Positions 1-7,769 of a stretch of DNA of 64,000 nucleotides are shown piece after piece (the first letter of the stretch is position 1; every line of letters begins with the position of its first letter). The DNA is taken from assembly GCA_016870475.1 (NCBI GenBank), contig VGBO01000006.1:4175-68174 (forward strand). The letters run 5' to 3'. This DNA comes from Actinomycetota bacterium (GTDB lineage: Bacteria > Actinomycetota > Acidimicrobiia > Acidimicrobiales > CAIXPF01). Under the pieces are notes generated by a model, which saw only the letters and a program-made list of their open reading frames with translations, ran no database searches and was not told the origin of the DNA. The position numbers and the translations under genes are program-made.

Positions 1-157
1 TGAGCGTGACGCCGGTGACGGCGAAGAAGAGCACGACGAGGAACGAGATCATCGACGTGTAGACGTGCAACCAACGCAACCACTTGTGGGTCGACGTCTT
101 GCGGGAGGGCCGTGACGTCCGCTGTGCGGTTAGCGCTGCGGGGATGCGCTTAGGCAC
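1..157 (-). CDS. PepSY-associated TM helix protein, N-terminal part only (gene continues left of window)
   Basis: Manual minus-strand translation reads (V)PKRIPAALTAQRTSRPSRKTSTHKWLRWLHVYTSMISFLVVLFFAVTGVTL..., a basic stretch plus W-x-R-W-L-H followed by a hydrophobic helix. Candidate GTG at 155-157 overlaps the stop of the upstream DUF2271 gene. Not in the ORF track because it runs off the edge. Confidence 0.5.
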   Translation of the reverse strand, partial: MPKRIPAALTAQRTSRPSRKTSTHKWLRWLHVYTSMISFLVVLFFAVTGVTL

Positions 158-839
158 GGTAGGTGACCTTCGCGGCGGTCAGTTCCCCGTTCGGGGTGAG
201 CGCCTTCTCGAATCCCTTCGCGTCGAGGTCGAGCGGCTCACGGATGAGCCCGTACGGACCGTGCTCGCGCGACGCCTCGATGCAGAGGAAGTAGCTGCCC
301 GGGGCGCACTTCATGCCGTCGTAGTTGCTGCACGACCAGGCGATGTCATAGCTCCCGGGTCGCCGGGTCGCGCCGGTGACGGTCTGAGCGGTGGGGACAC
401 CGCCTGCGCCGACCCGGGTGGCCTCCTGGTTGTTCCAGCGGCGCAGCTCATTCCACCAGCGCTCACCCTTGCCCGACTGCAGCCAGAGTTCGACGGTGTC
501 GACCATCGCACCGCTGGCGTCCTCGACCCACACACCGATGTAGGGGTTCTTCACGTTCCCGCCACTCGCCGTGTAGGTGAAGGAGATCGCGAGCTCCGCG
601 ACCGCCGCGAGTGCGGTGGCCTTGGCCGCAGCACTCGTCGTCGAGCCGGCGGGTGCCGAGGTCGCCGGGATGGTCGGTGCGGCGGTTGTGCCGGCACTGC
701 GGGCGAACACCTCGGCGTCGGACGAACCGCCGCACGCGGCGAGGAACGCCGGGCCGACCACGGCGGCGGCGCCACCGAGGATCAGACCTTTGCGGAGGAA
801 GAGTCGGCGGGAGACGGGTTCGAGGCCGGGTTCGTTCAT
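150..839 (-). CDS. DUF2271 family secreted (Tat/lipobox) protein
   Basis: Part of ORF 150..1010. ATG at 839 gives MNEPGLEPVSRRLFLRKGLILGGAAAVVGPAFLAACGG (twin-Arg plus lipobox). The body NPYIGVWVED...WWNELRRW...TGATRRPGSYDIAW...CIEASREHGPYG matches the DUF2271 pattern. Confidence 0.85.
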   Translation of the reverse strand: MNEPGLEPVSRRLFLRKGLILGGAAAVVGPAFLAACGGSSDAEVFARSAGTTAAPTIPATSAPAGSTTSAAAKATALAAVAELAISFTYTASGGNVKNPYIGVWVEDASGAMVDTVELWLQSGKGERWWNELRRWNNQEATRVGAGGVPTAQTVTGATRRPGSYDIAWSCSNYDGMKCAPGSYFLCIEASREHGPYGLIREPLDLDAKGFEKALTPNGELTAAKVTYRA

Positions 840-1024
840 CGGGTCGGACACCGGGCGGGACGGTACACGGCGAAGGTGAACAGCAGGTGAGAATCCACGC
901 TCACTCGAGAGGTCGGGAAAAAAGCTTCGGCGAGGCGTGCAACGGCACCACGCGAGCCGGCGATGACGTCGGCGATGCAGCATCCCGGTCCGTTGCCGGG
1001 ACATCGTCACCCAAGGAGTCCATC

Positions 1025-1231
1025 GTGGACATGCTCCGTGCGATCGTCGTCCGACTGATCACCCTCCGCGAGGCCGACCCGGCCGGCGAGCGCGGTGCGA
1101 CCATGGTCGAGTGCGCGCTGCTCGTCGCGCTCATCGCCCTCGTCGTCGTCGTGGCCCTCGGCCCGCTCGGGACTGCGATCTCGGGTCTGTTCGACGACGC
1201 CGGGACCACCGTCTCGAGCGTCGCCGGCTGA
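1025..1231 (+). CDS. flp: Flp/Fap family type IVb prepilin
   Basis: 3' end of ORF 611..1231: ...DPAGERG/ATMVECALLVALIALVVVVALGPLG.... This is the Flp G/xxxxE(Y) processing motif plus a hydrophobic helix. AAGGAG lies 6 nt before GTG 1025; the alternative start is ATG 1031. Confidence 0.8.
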   Translation: MDMLRAIVVRLITLREADPAGERGATMVECALLVALIALVVVVALGPLGTAISGLFDDAGTTVSSVAG

Positions 1232-1274
1232 GCGCAGCCCGCCCGCCGTGTCGTCACCGACGCGACAGGGCGAC

Positions 1275-1640
1275 GTGCAGGACGGGTCGGCCGAACGTGG
1301 TGCTGCGCTCGTCGAGTTTGCCGTCGTCCTGCCGTTCCTCCTCATGCTCGTGATCGGGATCATCGAGTTCGGTTGCGCGTACAACACCCAGCTCTCGTTG
1401 CAGGCCGCGGCCAGGGAGGGCGCACGAGCGCTTGCGCTCGGCCATTCCGCTGCGACGGTCACCGCCACGGTCGGATCGGCGACCCCCGTCGCCGTCGACC
1501 AGGTCACCCAGGTGCCGTGTTCGACGGCGGGCGGATCGGCGTCGGTCACGGTGCGGGAATCCTTCGAGTTCGGGATCCCGTTCGTGCCGATCGGAGCCCG
1601 CACGCTCGAGGCGACGGGGGTCATGCGATGCGGCCTCTGA
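1275..1640 (+). CDS. tadE: TadE-like pseudopilin
   Basis: ORF 1095..1640. GTG 1275 gives VQDGSAERGAALVEFAVVLPFLLMLVIGIIEFG, the TadE N-terminal motif. It lies directly after flp and overlaps the next gene by 13 nt. Confidence 0.8.
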   Translation: MQDGSAERGAALVEFAVVLPFLLMLVIGIIEFGCAYNTQLSLQAAAREGARALALGHSAATVTATVGSATPVAVDQVTQVPCSTAGGSASVTVRESFEFGIPFVPIGARTLEATGVMRCGL

Positions 1641-2334
1641 CCCGACGCAAGCGCGACCGCCGGTCCGACCGCGGTGCGGTGGTGCTCTGGGTCGGCGTGC
1701 TCCTTACCGTCGCGCTCGGGAGTGTGGCGCTCGTCGTCGACGTCGGCGCGTTGCACCATGAGCGGACCCAGCTCCAGAGCGGTGCCGATGCCGCGGCGCT
1801 CGCGGTCGGTCTCGCCTGTGCGACCGGCTCCTGCGGGGATGCGGCGTCGACGACGGTGCAGCGGTCCGGGCCAGGTCGGTGGTCGCCTGGGGTTCCCCGG
1901 GCAACCTCGTGACGGCCCCGCTCGTGATCTCGCAGTGCGAGTTCACCCGACTCGGTGGCGTGTTGGGCAGCGGCACGGTGCCGTCAGGGTCCTTCGCGCT
2001 CGAGTTCCACGACAACACGGGCCCGTGCGCGGAGCCCGGCGGCACGTCGCTCCCCGGCGGGTTCGGCTGGATCGATCACCCGGGCGGGTCGTGCAGCACC
2101 ACGACGACCGCGTCGGTGTGGGCGGCGGAGAAGCCGGGGCTGTCGGCACCGGCCGGCTGCCGCCCCTCGACGTGGATCGGACGCGCCGTGGTCCTGCCGA
2201 TCTTCGTCGACACGAACGGCCTCGGCGGTTCGAACGGTCAGTACCGGATCGGTGGGTATGTCGGGTTCGAGGTGACCGGGCAGCGTTTCCCGAGCTCGCC
2301 GAATCCGACCCCGGGCCTGCGCTGCCCGTCGGGT
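1628..2334 (+). pseudogene. tadG: TadG-like pilus assembly protein, frameshifted and 3'-truncated
   Basis: The N-terminus MRPLTRRKRDRRSDRGAVVLWVGVLLTVALGSVALVVDVGALHHERTQLQSGADAAALA (ORF 1373..1912 frame, ATG 1628) continues in a different frame. That frame (ORF 1879..3666) reads WGSPGNLVTAPLVISQCEF...LPGGFGWID...VVLPIFVDTNG...YRIGGYVGFEVTG. A -1 shift is needed around 1860-1885. The expected last ~15 residues after ...GLRCPSG are missing. Confidence 0.65.
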
Positions 2335-2688
2335 GCGCTGCGCGCTGCGGTGCTCGCTGCGGTCGCGACGCTCGGCGCAGGCGGCGAGACTGCGTTGTAC
2401 GACACGCTCGTCACCATCGCCCGGGACGTGCCGCCGGTCGGTGATCCCGGTCGCCGTGCCGTCGTCCTCCTCTCCGACGGCGGTGACACGGTCAGCACGG
2501 CGACGCTGTCCGACGCGCTGAACGTCGCACGGTCCGTCCGGATCGAGGTGATCGAGCTCGCATCACCCGAATCGAGCCAGCCGGCGCTCGCCGCGATCGC
2601 TGCGTCCGGCGGTGGATCGATCGCGACCGTCGCGAACCTCGGTGCGCTTGCGACCACCTGCGAGCTCACCGCCCGCAACCTGCTCGAC
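2335..2688 (+). pseudogene. C-terminal half of a von Willebrand A (vWA) domain, no MIDAS-bearing N-terminal half
   Basis: Within ORF 1879..3666: ...LGAGGETALYDTLVTIARDV...GRRAVVLLSDGGDTVS...VRIEVIELASPESSQPALAAIAASGGGSIATV. This matches the second half of a vWA fold. No DxSxS segment was found in any frame upstream. Confidence 0.5.
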
Positions 2689-2730
2689 GGTCCTCCGGCA
2701 GATGGTGCGGACGCATCGCCGGACACGGTG

Positions 2731-3666
2731 ATGAACGCTCCGGCACCCCACGCGGGAACGGTCGACGCCGCACTCGACCGACTCGACACGGTCGGCGTCG
2801 CAGCGACCGGCCCCAGCCCGATCGTGGGCGTGGGGCTGGTGCTCCTCGCCGTCGCCGTCCTCGCCGTGGTCGGCGCGGTGACCGTCGGCGTGCTCGCCGT
2901 CCCCGTCGTCGCCATCGGCGCACCGCTCGGTGCGCGGGTGTGGCTGTCGACGCGGGCGACGTCACGGCGGAACAAGTTCCTCGCGGCGCTGCCCGACCTG
3001 TTGCAGGTGATCGTCGCGATGCTGCGCTCGGGCTACAGGTTCCTGCAGGCGCTCGATGCCGTCGGGTCGGAGGCGGATGAGCCCGCACGCAGCGAGATCC
3101 GTCGGGTCCTGCTCGAGGTGCGGGCGGGCCGCGACCTCGCCGACGCGCTCGGCGCGATGGCGACCCGCCTCGACGCGGCGGATCTCGAATGGATCGTCGA
3201 CGCGGTCGAGATCAACCAGACGGTCGGCGGCGACCTCGCGCACGTACTCGACACCGTCGCCTCGACGATCCGTGTCCGGCAACGGCTCCGTCGGCAGGTG
3301 TCGGCGCTCACCGCCGAGGGCCGGGTGTCGGCGTACGTGATGATGGGCCTGCCACCCGGCGTCGCCGTCGCCCTGGTGATCATGGACCCGGCGTATTTCG
3401 CCCGGCTCACGGAGGGTGTCGGCCTCGTGCTGCTCGGTGGCGCAGGGGTGTCCCTCGTCGTCGGCTACCCGTGGATGCGGCGGATGATCGGGTCCGTCCA
3501 CAGAGGGGTCGGGCATGAGCGGGACGGTGTCGGGGGCGGTGCTCATCGTCGTGGCAGCGTTCGTCGCCGTCGCGACGCTGCGGACCCCCGCGTACCCGCG
3601 GGTGCGCCTCGTCGAACGACTCGGTCGTGTGCCGATCGTTGGGGGCGCCCGCCCCGCGGCGGGTAG
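2731..3666 (+). CDS. tadB: TadB-like type II secretion system F-domain inner-membrane protein
   Basis: Same frame as ORF 1879..3666. Internal ATG 2731 gives a typical-sized protein of about 311 aa: TM segments then RRNKFLAALPDLLQVIVAMLRSGYRFLQAL...EINQTVGGDLAHVLD...GRVSAYVMMGLP...WMRRM. There is no stop upstream, so it may instead be read as a fusion. The 3' end probably carries a 1-nt lesion (see findings). Confidence 0.72.
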   Translation: MNAPAPHAGTVDAALDRLDTVGVAATGPSPIVGVGLVLLAVAVLAVVGAVTVGVLAVPVVAIGAPLGARVWLSTRATSRRNKFLAALPDLLQVIVAMLRSGYRFLQALDAVGSEADEPARSEIRRVLLEVRAGRDLADALGAMATRLDAADLEWIVDAVEINQTVGGDLAHVLDTVASTIRVRQRLRRQVSALTAEGRVSAYVMMGLPPGVAVALVIMDPAYFARLTEGVGLVLLGGAGVSLVVGYPWMRRMIGSVHRGVGHERDGVGGGAHRRGSVRRRRDAADPRVPAGAPRRTTRSCADRWGRPPRGG

Positions 3667-4406
3667 GTCGCATCACCGGTTCGCTCGAGCAGGTCGCGCT
3701 CGGGCTGGTGCCCGCCGGTCGCCGGGCGGTGCTCGAACGGGCGGTGCAGGGCGCGCACCTGCAGGCGTCGTGGAGCGTCGGCCGGATCGCGGTCTGGAAA
3801 GCCGTGGGCACGGCGGTCGCAGTGGTGGTCGCTGCGTTGGCGCTCGTCAGTTCGCCGGACCTCACCGGTGTCGTCACCGCAGTGCTGCTCGTCACGGTCG
3901 CACAGCTCGCCCCGGAGCGGATCGTGCTGTCGAAGGCGGCCGAGCGGCGTGCGGCGATCGCCGCGGAGGTCGCCGATGTGGTCGACCAGCTCGCGGTCGT
4001 CGTCCGGGCCGGTCTGGGCCTCGACGCGGCGATGGCCCGGGTCGCCCGCTCGTCGACGGGAATGTTCGGCGAGGAGCTGCAACGGGTCGTCCAGGACGTC
4101 CGGGTCGGCATGCCCCGGGCCGATGCGCTGCGGTCGCTCGCCGAGCGGGTGGACCTCCCCGAGCTCGGCCTGCTCGTGCGCGCGCTCGTGCAGTCCGACA
4201 AGCTCGGTGTGCCGCTGTCCGCGACGCTCGAGCTGCAGGCGAACGAGATTCGGATCGCCCGTCGACAGGCCGCCGAGGAACGGGCGATGAAGCTCCCCGT
4301 GAAGATCCTGCTGCCGACGATGCTCTGCATGCTCCCCGCCCTAATGGCGATCGTGCTCGGGCCGGCGATGTTGAACGTCTACGAGGCACTCGTTCGCGGC
4401 CGCTGA
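3627..4406 (+). CDS. tadC: TadC-like type II secretion system F-domain protein (N-terminal TM helix encoded in another frame from ATG 3515)
   Basis: ORF 3627..4406: ...EVADVVDQLAVVVRAGLGLDAAMARV...LVQSDKLGVPLSATLELQANEIRIARRQAAEERAMKLPVKILLPTMLCMLPALM. The frame starting at ATG 3515 encodes MSGTVSGAVLIVVAAFVAVATL..., a typical TadC start. Deleting one G from the G5 run at 3641-3645 joins the two frames. Confidence 0.72.
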   Translation: MCRSLGAPAPRRVGRITGSLEQVALGLVPAGRRAVLERAVQGAHLQASWSVGRIAVWKAVGTAVAVVVAALALVSSPDLTGVVTAVLLVTVAQLAPERIVLSKAAERRAAIAAEVADVVDQLAVVVRAGLGLDAAMARVARSSTGMFGEELQRVVQDVRVGMPRADALRSLAERVDLPELGLLVRALVQSDKLGVPLSATLELQANEIRIARRQAAEERAMKLPVKILLPTMLCMLPALMAIVLGPAMLNVYEALVRGR

Positions 4407-4418
4407 GCCGGGGGCGCA

Positions 4419-4862
4419 ATGCAGGGCGCAGCGGACCTACGATCCGCGGCGATGGAACCGCACGCGCTTCTCGCTCGCCTCGCCGTGACGATCCGAAACG
4501 ACATCGCCCCGGAGGTCGGTGACGGGTTCGCCCGCACCCAGGCGTTCATGGCGTCGGTCGTCCTCGACAAGCTCGCCCGCCAACTCGAGCTCGCGGCGGA
4601 CCACGCTGCGCTCGAGCACGCCGAGATCGCCGCACTCGTCGTCGATCTCGACGGGCTGCTCACCGGTGCCGATGCGGCGTCGGTGCGCGCAGCCGTGGTC
4701 GCCCTGCCGACGAGCGACCCGACGGCCGGCCTCGCCGCACTCGTTGAGACGGTTCACCGAGGGCGCCCGGACCTCGGGGATGCCCGCACGGACGAGCTGC
4801 TCAGCCGGATCCGAACGGTGCTGCGGTCCCGGGTCGACCGGCAGATGGCGTACGCGTCATGA
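4419..4862 (+). CDS. hypothetical protein
   Basis: ORF 4419..4862. Its stop overlaps the next start as ATGA at 4859-4862, and its composition looks coding. No recognisable motif. Confidence 0.55.
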   Translation: MQGAADLRSAAMEPHALLARLAVTIRNDIAPEVGDGFARTQAFMASVVLDKLARQLELAADHAALEHAEIAALVVDLDGLLTGADAASVRAAVVALPTSDPTAGLAALVETVHRGRPDLGDARTDELLSRIRTVLRSRVDRQMAYAS

Positions 4863-5890
4863 GCTTTCCCGAGATCGACGCCGACCGGATCCGGGTCGTG
4901 CTCGCCGCCCGCCTCGGCGCCGACGACCTGCGGCTCGACGGTGTCGAGCGCATCGCGGTCGGCTGGTCGCACGAGACGTGGTTGTTCGACGGCACGTGGA
5001 CCGACGCCGAGGGTGCGCGCCACACCGAGGGCTTCTGCCTGCGACGTGACCCGGGGAACGCGCTGTTGCGCGAGATGTCGGATCTGTCGGTGCAGTTCGC
5101 GGTGCTGCGGTGTCTCGAAGGGACAGGGGTTCCTGCCCCCCGTGCCCGGTTCTTCTCCGACGATCCCGCCGAACTCGGTGCGCCGTTCATCGTCATGGAG
5201 AAGGTTCCTGGGATCTGCCCGAACCCGTGGGGCCGTGAAGGTCGGGCGTACTACGCGGCGGCCGCGACGCGCGGCGTGCTGCCGGCGAGCTTCACCGATG
5301 CACTCGTCGCACTGCACCGTCTCGACTGGCGCGCAGCGGGTCTCGAGGTGCTGGGCGTTCCACCGCCGGGGGGGTTCGCGCGTGCGGAGATCGCGAAGTG
5401 GCGGGCGCTCATCGAGGCCACCGGCCAGCAGCCCGACCCGATCCTCGTCGACCTGTTGTTCTGGCTCGACGAGCACGCGCCGTCGACGGACCGGCTGGCG
5501 CTCGTCCACGGCGCCTATCGCACCGGCAACGTGCTCATCCACGACGACCGGGTGTCGGCGATCCTCGACTGGGAGACCCAGGTCATCGGCGACCCGATGT
5601 ACGACGTCGCCTACGTCCTGTCGGACCTGAACCGTGAGGGAACCGACCTGCTGTCGAACCTCGTCCCGGGGGACGACTTCGTCCGCCGGTACGAGGCGGG
5701 CACCGGGTTCGAGATCGACCTCGATGCGTGCGCCTACTACCAACGGCTCTACGCCATGCGGTCGGCAGCGTTCTGGATGAGCGCGTCCGCGCTCTACGCG
5801 GATGGTGTGAACACTGACCTGCGTCTCGCCCGCACGGCCTGGTCCGTGCCCGTCGTGCTCGAGAGGGCAGCCCGTGACCTCGGCTACTGA
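4859..5890 (+). CDS. phosphotransferase (aminoglycoside phosphotransferase/choline kinase-like) family protein
   Basis: ORF 4859..5890: ...ALVHGAYRTGNVLIHDDRVSAILDWETQVIGDPMYDVAY (HGD/N catalytic loop plus DWE motif of the APH fold). Confidence 0.85.
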   Translation: MSFPEIDADRIRVVLAARLGADDLRLDGVERIAVGWSHETWLFDGTWTDAEGARHTEGFCLRRDPGNALLREMSDLSVQFAVLRCLEGTGVPAPRARFFSDDPAELGAPFIVMEKVPGICPNPWGREGRAYYAAAATRGVLPASFTDALVALHRLDWRAAGLEVLGVPPPGGFARAEIAKWRALIEATGQQPDPILVDLLFWLDEHAPSTDRLALVHGAYRTGNVLIHDDRVSAILDWETQVIGDPMYDVAYVLSDLNREGTDLLSNLVPGDDFVRRYEAGTGFEIDLDACAYYQRLYAMRSAAFWMSASALYADGVNTDLRLARTAWSVPVVLERAARDLGY

Positions 5891-6869
5891 TCCCAGTTCG
5901 CTCCCCGACCGCCACGACTTCGGCCCCGACGACGACGGCCTCCACACGGCGCACATGAGCGACCGGTGGTGGGAGACGGAGACGTCGTGGTTCTCCTTCT
6001 GCCATCCGGAGCGGAAGCTCGGCGGTTGGTTCTATTCGATGTTCCGGCCGAACATCGGCACGGTCGCCGGTGGTGCGTGGGTGTGGGACGACTCGGCCCA
6101 CCTGCCGTGGGAGGTCCTGTACTCCGCGAACTACACGGCGTTGCGCCTCGACCCGACCACCGACCTCCGCGATGCCACCCTGCCGAACGGCGTGCGGATC
6201 GAGGTGCTCGAGCCGACGATGTCGTACCGTCTCGGCTACGACGACGGCGAACGGTTCCGAGCCGAGCTGCGATTCGACGGTGTGATGCCGCCGCAGCCGC
6301 TCACCGCGGTCGGCGCCGTGTTCGGCTCGGCGCACCACTTCGACCAGCTCGGTCGGGTCACCGGCACGATCGAACTCGGCGGCGAGACCATCGAGATCGA
6401 CTGCATCTCGATGCGCGACCGCACGTGGGGACCCCGCGCCGAGACCAGGCCGCGCCACGCTGCCTACGTGACCGGTGCGGCCGGGCCCGACGACGGCTTC
6501 CTCGCGGTCACCGCGCACGGTGACCCTGTCGACGAGATCACCTACGGGTTCCTGCGACGGGGTGGCCGGACGGTCGGCCTCGCGGGTGGCACCCGGCGGA
6601 TCGAGCGTGATCGCGACGCCGGCTGGATGACCCGGATCGTCGTCGACGCCGTCGACCAGGAAGGCCGTGCACTCCACGCGGTCGGTGAGCCGCTGAGCCG
6701 GATCATCGTGAACCGGCACACGTTCATCGACATCAACAGCCTCGTGCGGTGGGACCTCTCGGGGCTCGAGGGTCACGGCGAGGACCAGGACATGTGGCCG
6801 GTGCACACGTTCGCCGCGGATCGCCGCGCCGCCCGGTCGCGGACCCGGTCAGCGGGCTCCCTGACCTAG
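5874..6869 (+). CDS. conserved hypothetical protein
   Basis: ORF 5874..6869 looks coding throughout (WWETETSWFSFCHPERKLGGWFYSMFRPNIG...ISMRDRTWGPR). Start uncertain: GTG 5874 overlaps the upstream gene by 17 nt, and ATG 5955 is the alternative. Confidence 0.65.
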   Translation: MTSATDPSSLPDRHDFGPDDDGLHTAHMSDRWWETETSWFSFCHPERKLGGWFYSMFRPNIGTVAGGAWVWDDSAHLPWEVLYSANYTALRLDPTTDLRDATLPNGVRIEVLEPTMSYRLGYDDGERFRAELRFDGVMPPQPLTAVGAVFGSAHHFDQLGRVTGTIELGGETIEIDCISMRDRTWGPRAETRPRHAAYVTGAAGPDDGFLAVTAHGDPVDEITYGFLRRGGRTVGLAGGTRRIERDRDAGWMTRIVVDAVDQEGRALHAVGEPLSRIIVNRHTFIDINSLVRWDLSGLEGHGEDQDMWPVHTFAADRRAARSRTRSAGSLT

Positions 6870-6878
6870 GGTGCGGCC

Positions 6879-7769
6879 GTGCGCGACCGTCAGCACATCG
6901 CCCATCCGACGTACCTCCGCTACATCGACAAGTTGCGGGAGTACTACGCGGCGTCGGGCTACCCGATGCCCTACAAGTGGGTGCACTTCACCGACGTCCC
7001 GTTCACGCCGTTGCCGAAGCCGCTGTCGGAATGCCGTGTCGGGCTCGTGACGACGGCGTTCCCGATGTCGGTGGCCGGAGCGGAACGCTCGCCGAAGGAG
7101 CCGTACGCGATGCCGACCGACCCGGCACCCGACCGGCTCTACACCCAGGACCTGTTCTGGGACAAGGACGCGACGCACACCGACGACGTGAACTCCTTCG
7201 TGCCGCTCGCGGCGATGAGCGAGTTCGTCGCCGAGGGTCGGGTCGGCTCGTTGGCTCCCCGGTTCTACGGGGTTCCCACCGACTACTCGGCGCGACGCAC
7301 CGAGCAGCGCGACGCGCCGGCGATCACCGAGCTCGCGCTCGAGGACGCGGTCGACGTCATGCTGCTCACACCGCTTTGACCGGTGTGCCACCAGACGGTC
7401 AGTTTGACCGCCCGACACCTCGAGGCCGCCGGGATCCCCACGGTCGTGATCGGCTCCGCCCGAGACATCGTCGAGGAGTGCGGCGTCCCCCGGTTCGTGT
7501 TCCAGGACTTCCCGCTCGGCAACCCGATCGGCAAGCCATGGGACCACGCCATGCAACGCGCCACCACCGGGATGGCGCTCGACCTCCTCGAGCGGGCGTT
7601 CGCCCCACGGACCACCGTGCAGACCCCGTTCCGCTGGGGCGACGACGCGTGGCGGGAGAACTTCATGCGAGCCGACGACTCGAACCGGGCGGAACTCGCC
7701 CGGGCCGGAGAGGAACGCCGTCGGGCGCAGGCCGAAGCGACCACCCGGGGCATCAAGCGCGGTGGCTGA
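6879..7769 (+). CDS. glycine/sarcosine/betaine/D-proline reductase selenoprotein B (GRDB) family protein, candidate selenoprotein with TGA(7377-7379)=Sec
   Basis: ORFs 6879..7379 and 7383..7769 share one frame and are separated only by TGA plus CCG. The junction reads ...DAVDVMLLTPL-U-PVCHQTVSLTARHLEAAGIPTVVIGSARDIVE..., a U-x-x-C redox motif as in the GRDB family. Neither half looks like a complete gene. Confidence 0.7.
7382..7419 (+). promoter_or_regulatory. SECIS-like stem-loop downstream of the in-frame UGA
   Basis: Lower stem GGUGU (7382-7386) pairs with ACACC (7415-7419). Upper stem CGGUCA (7396-7401) pairs with UGACCG (7405-7410), capped by GUU (7402-7404). The apical loop lies 23-27 nt after the UGA. 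Confidence 0.45.

Noticed and set aside
84-890. 268-aa plus-strand ORF.
   Set aside because: It is antisense to the well-supported DUF2271 gene, and its translation is Arg/Gly-rich and low-complexity.
1955-2444. I searched the other two frames upstream of 2335 for the missing N-terminal (MIDAS) half of the vWA domain.
   Set aside because: ORFs 1955..2275 and 1674..2444 translate to Arg/Pro-rich junk with no DxSxS or beta-alpha pattern. The half-domain is therefore really absent, not merely frameshifted.
3189-3518. 109-aa ORF whose TGA forms an ATGA overlap with the tadC-frame ATG at 3515.
   Set aside because: The translation is Arg/Pro/Gly junk lying inside tadB. The ATGA is better explained as the original tadB stop displaced by a 1-nt lesion (see findings).
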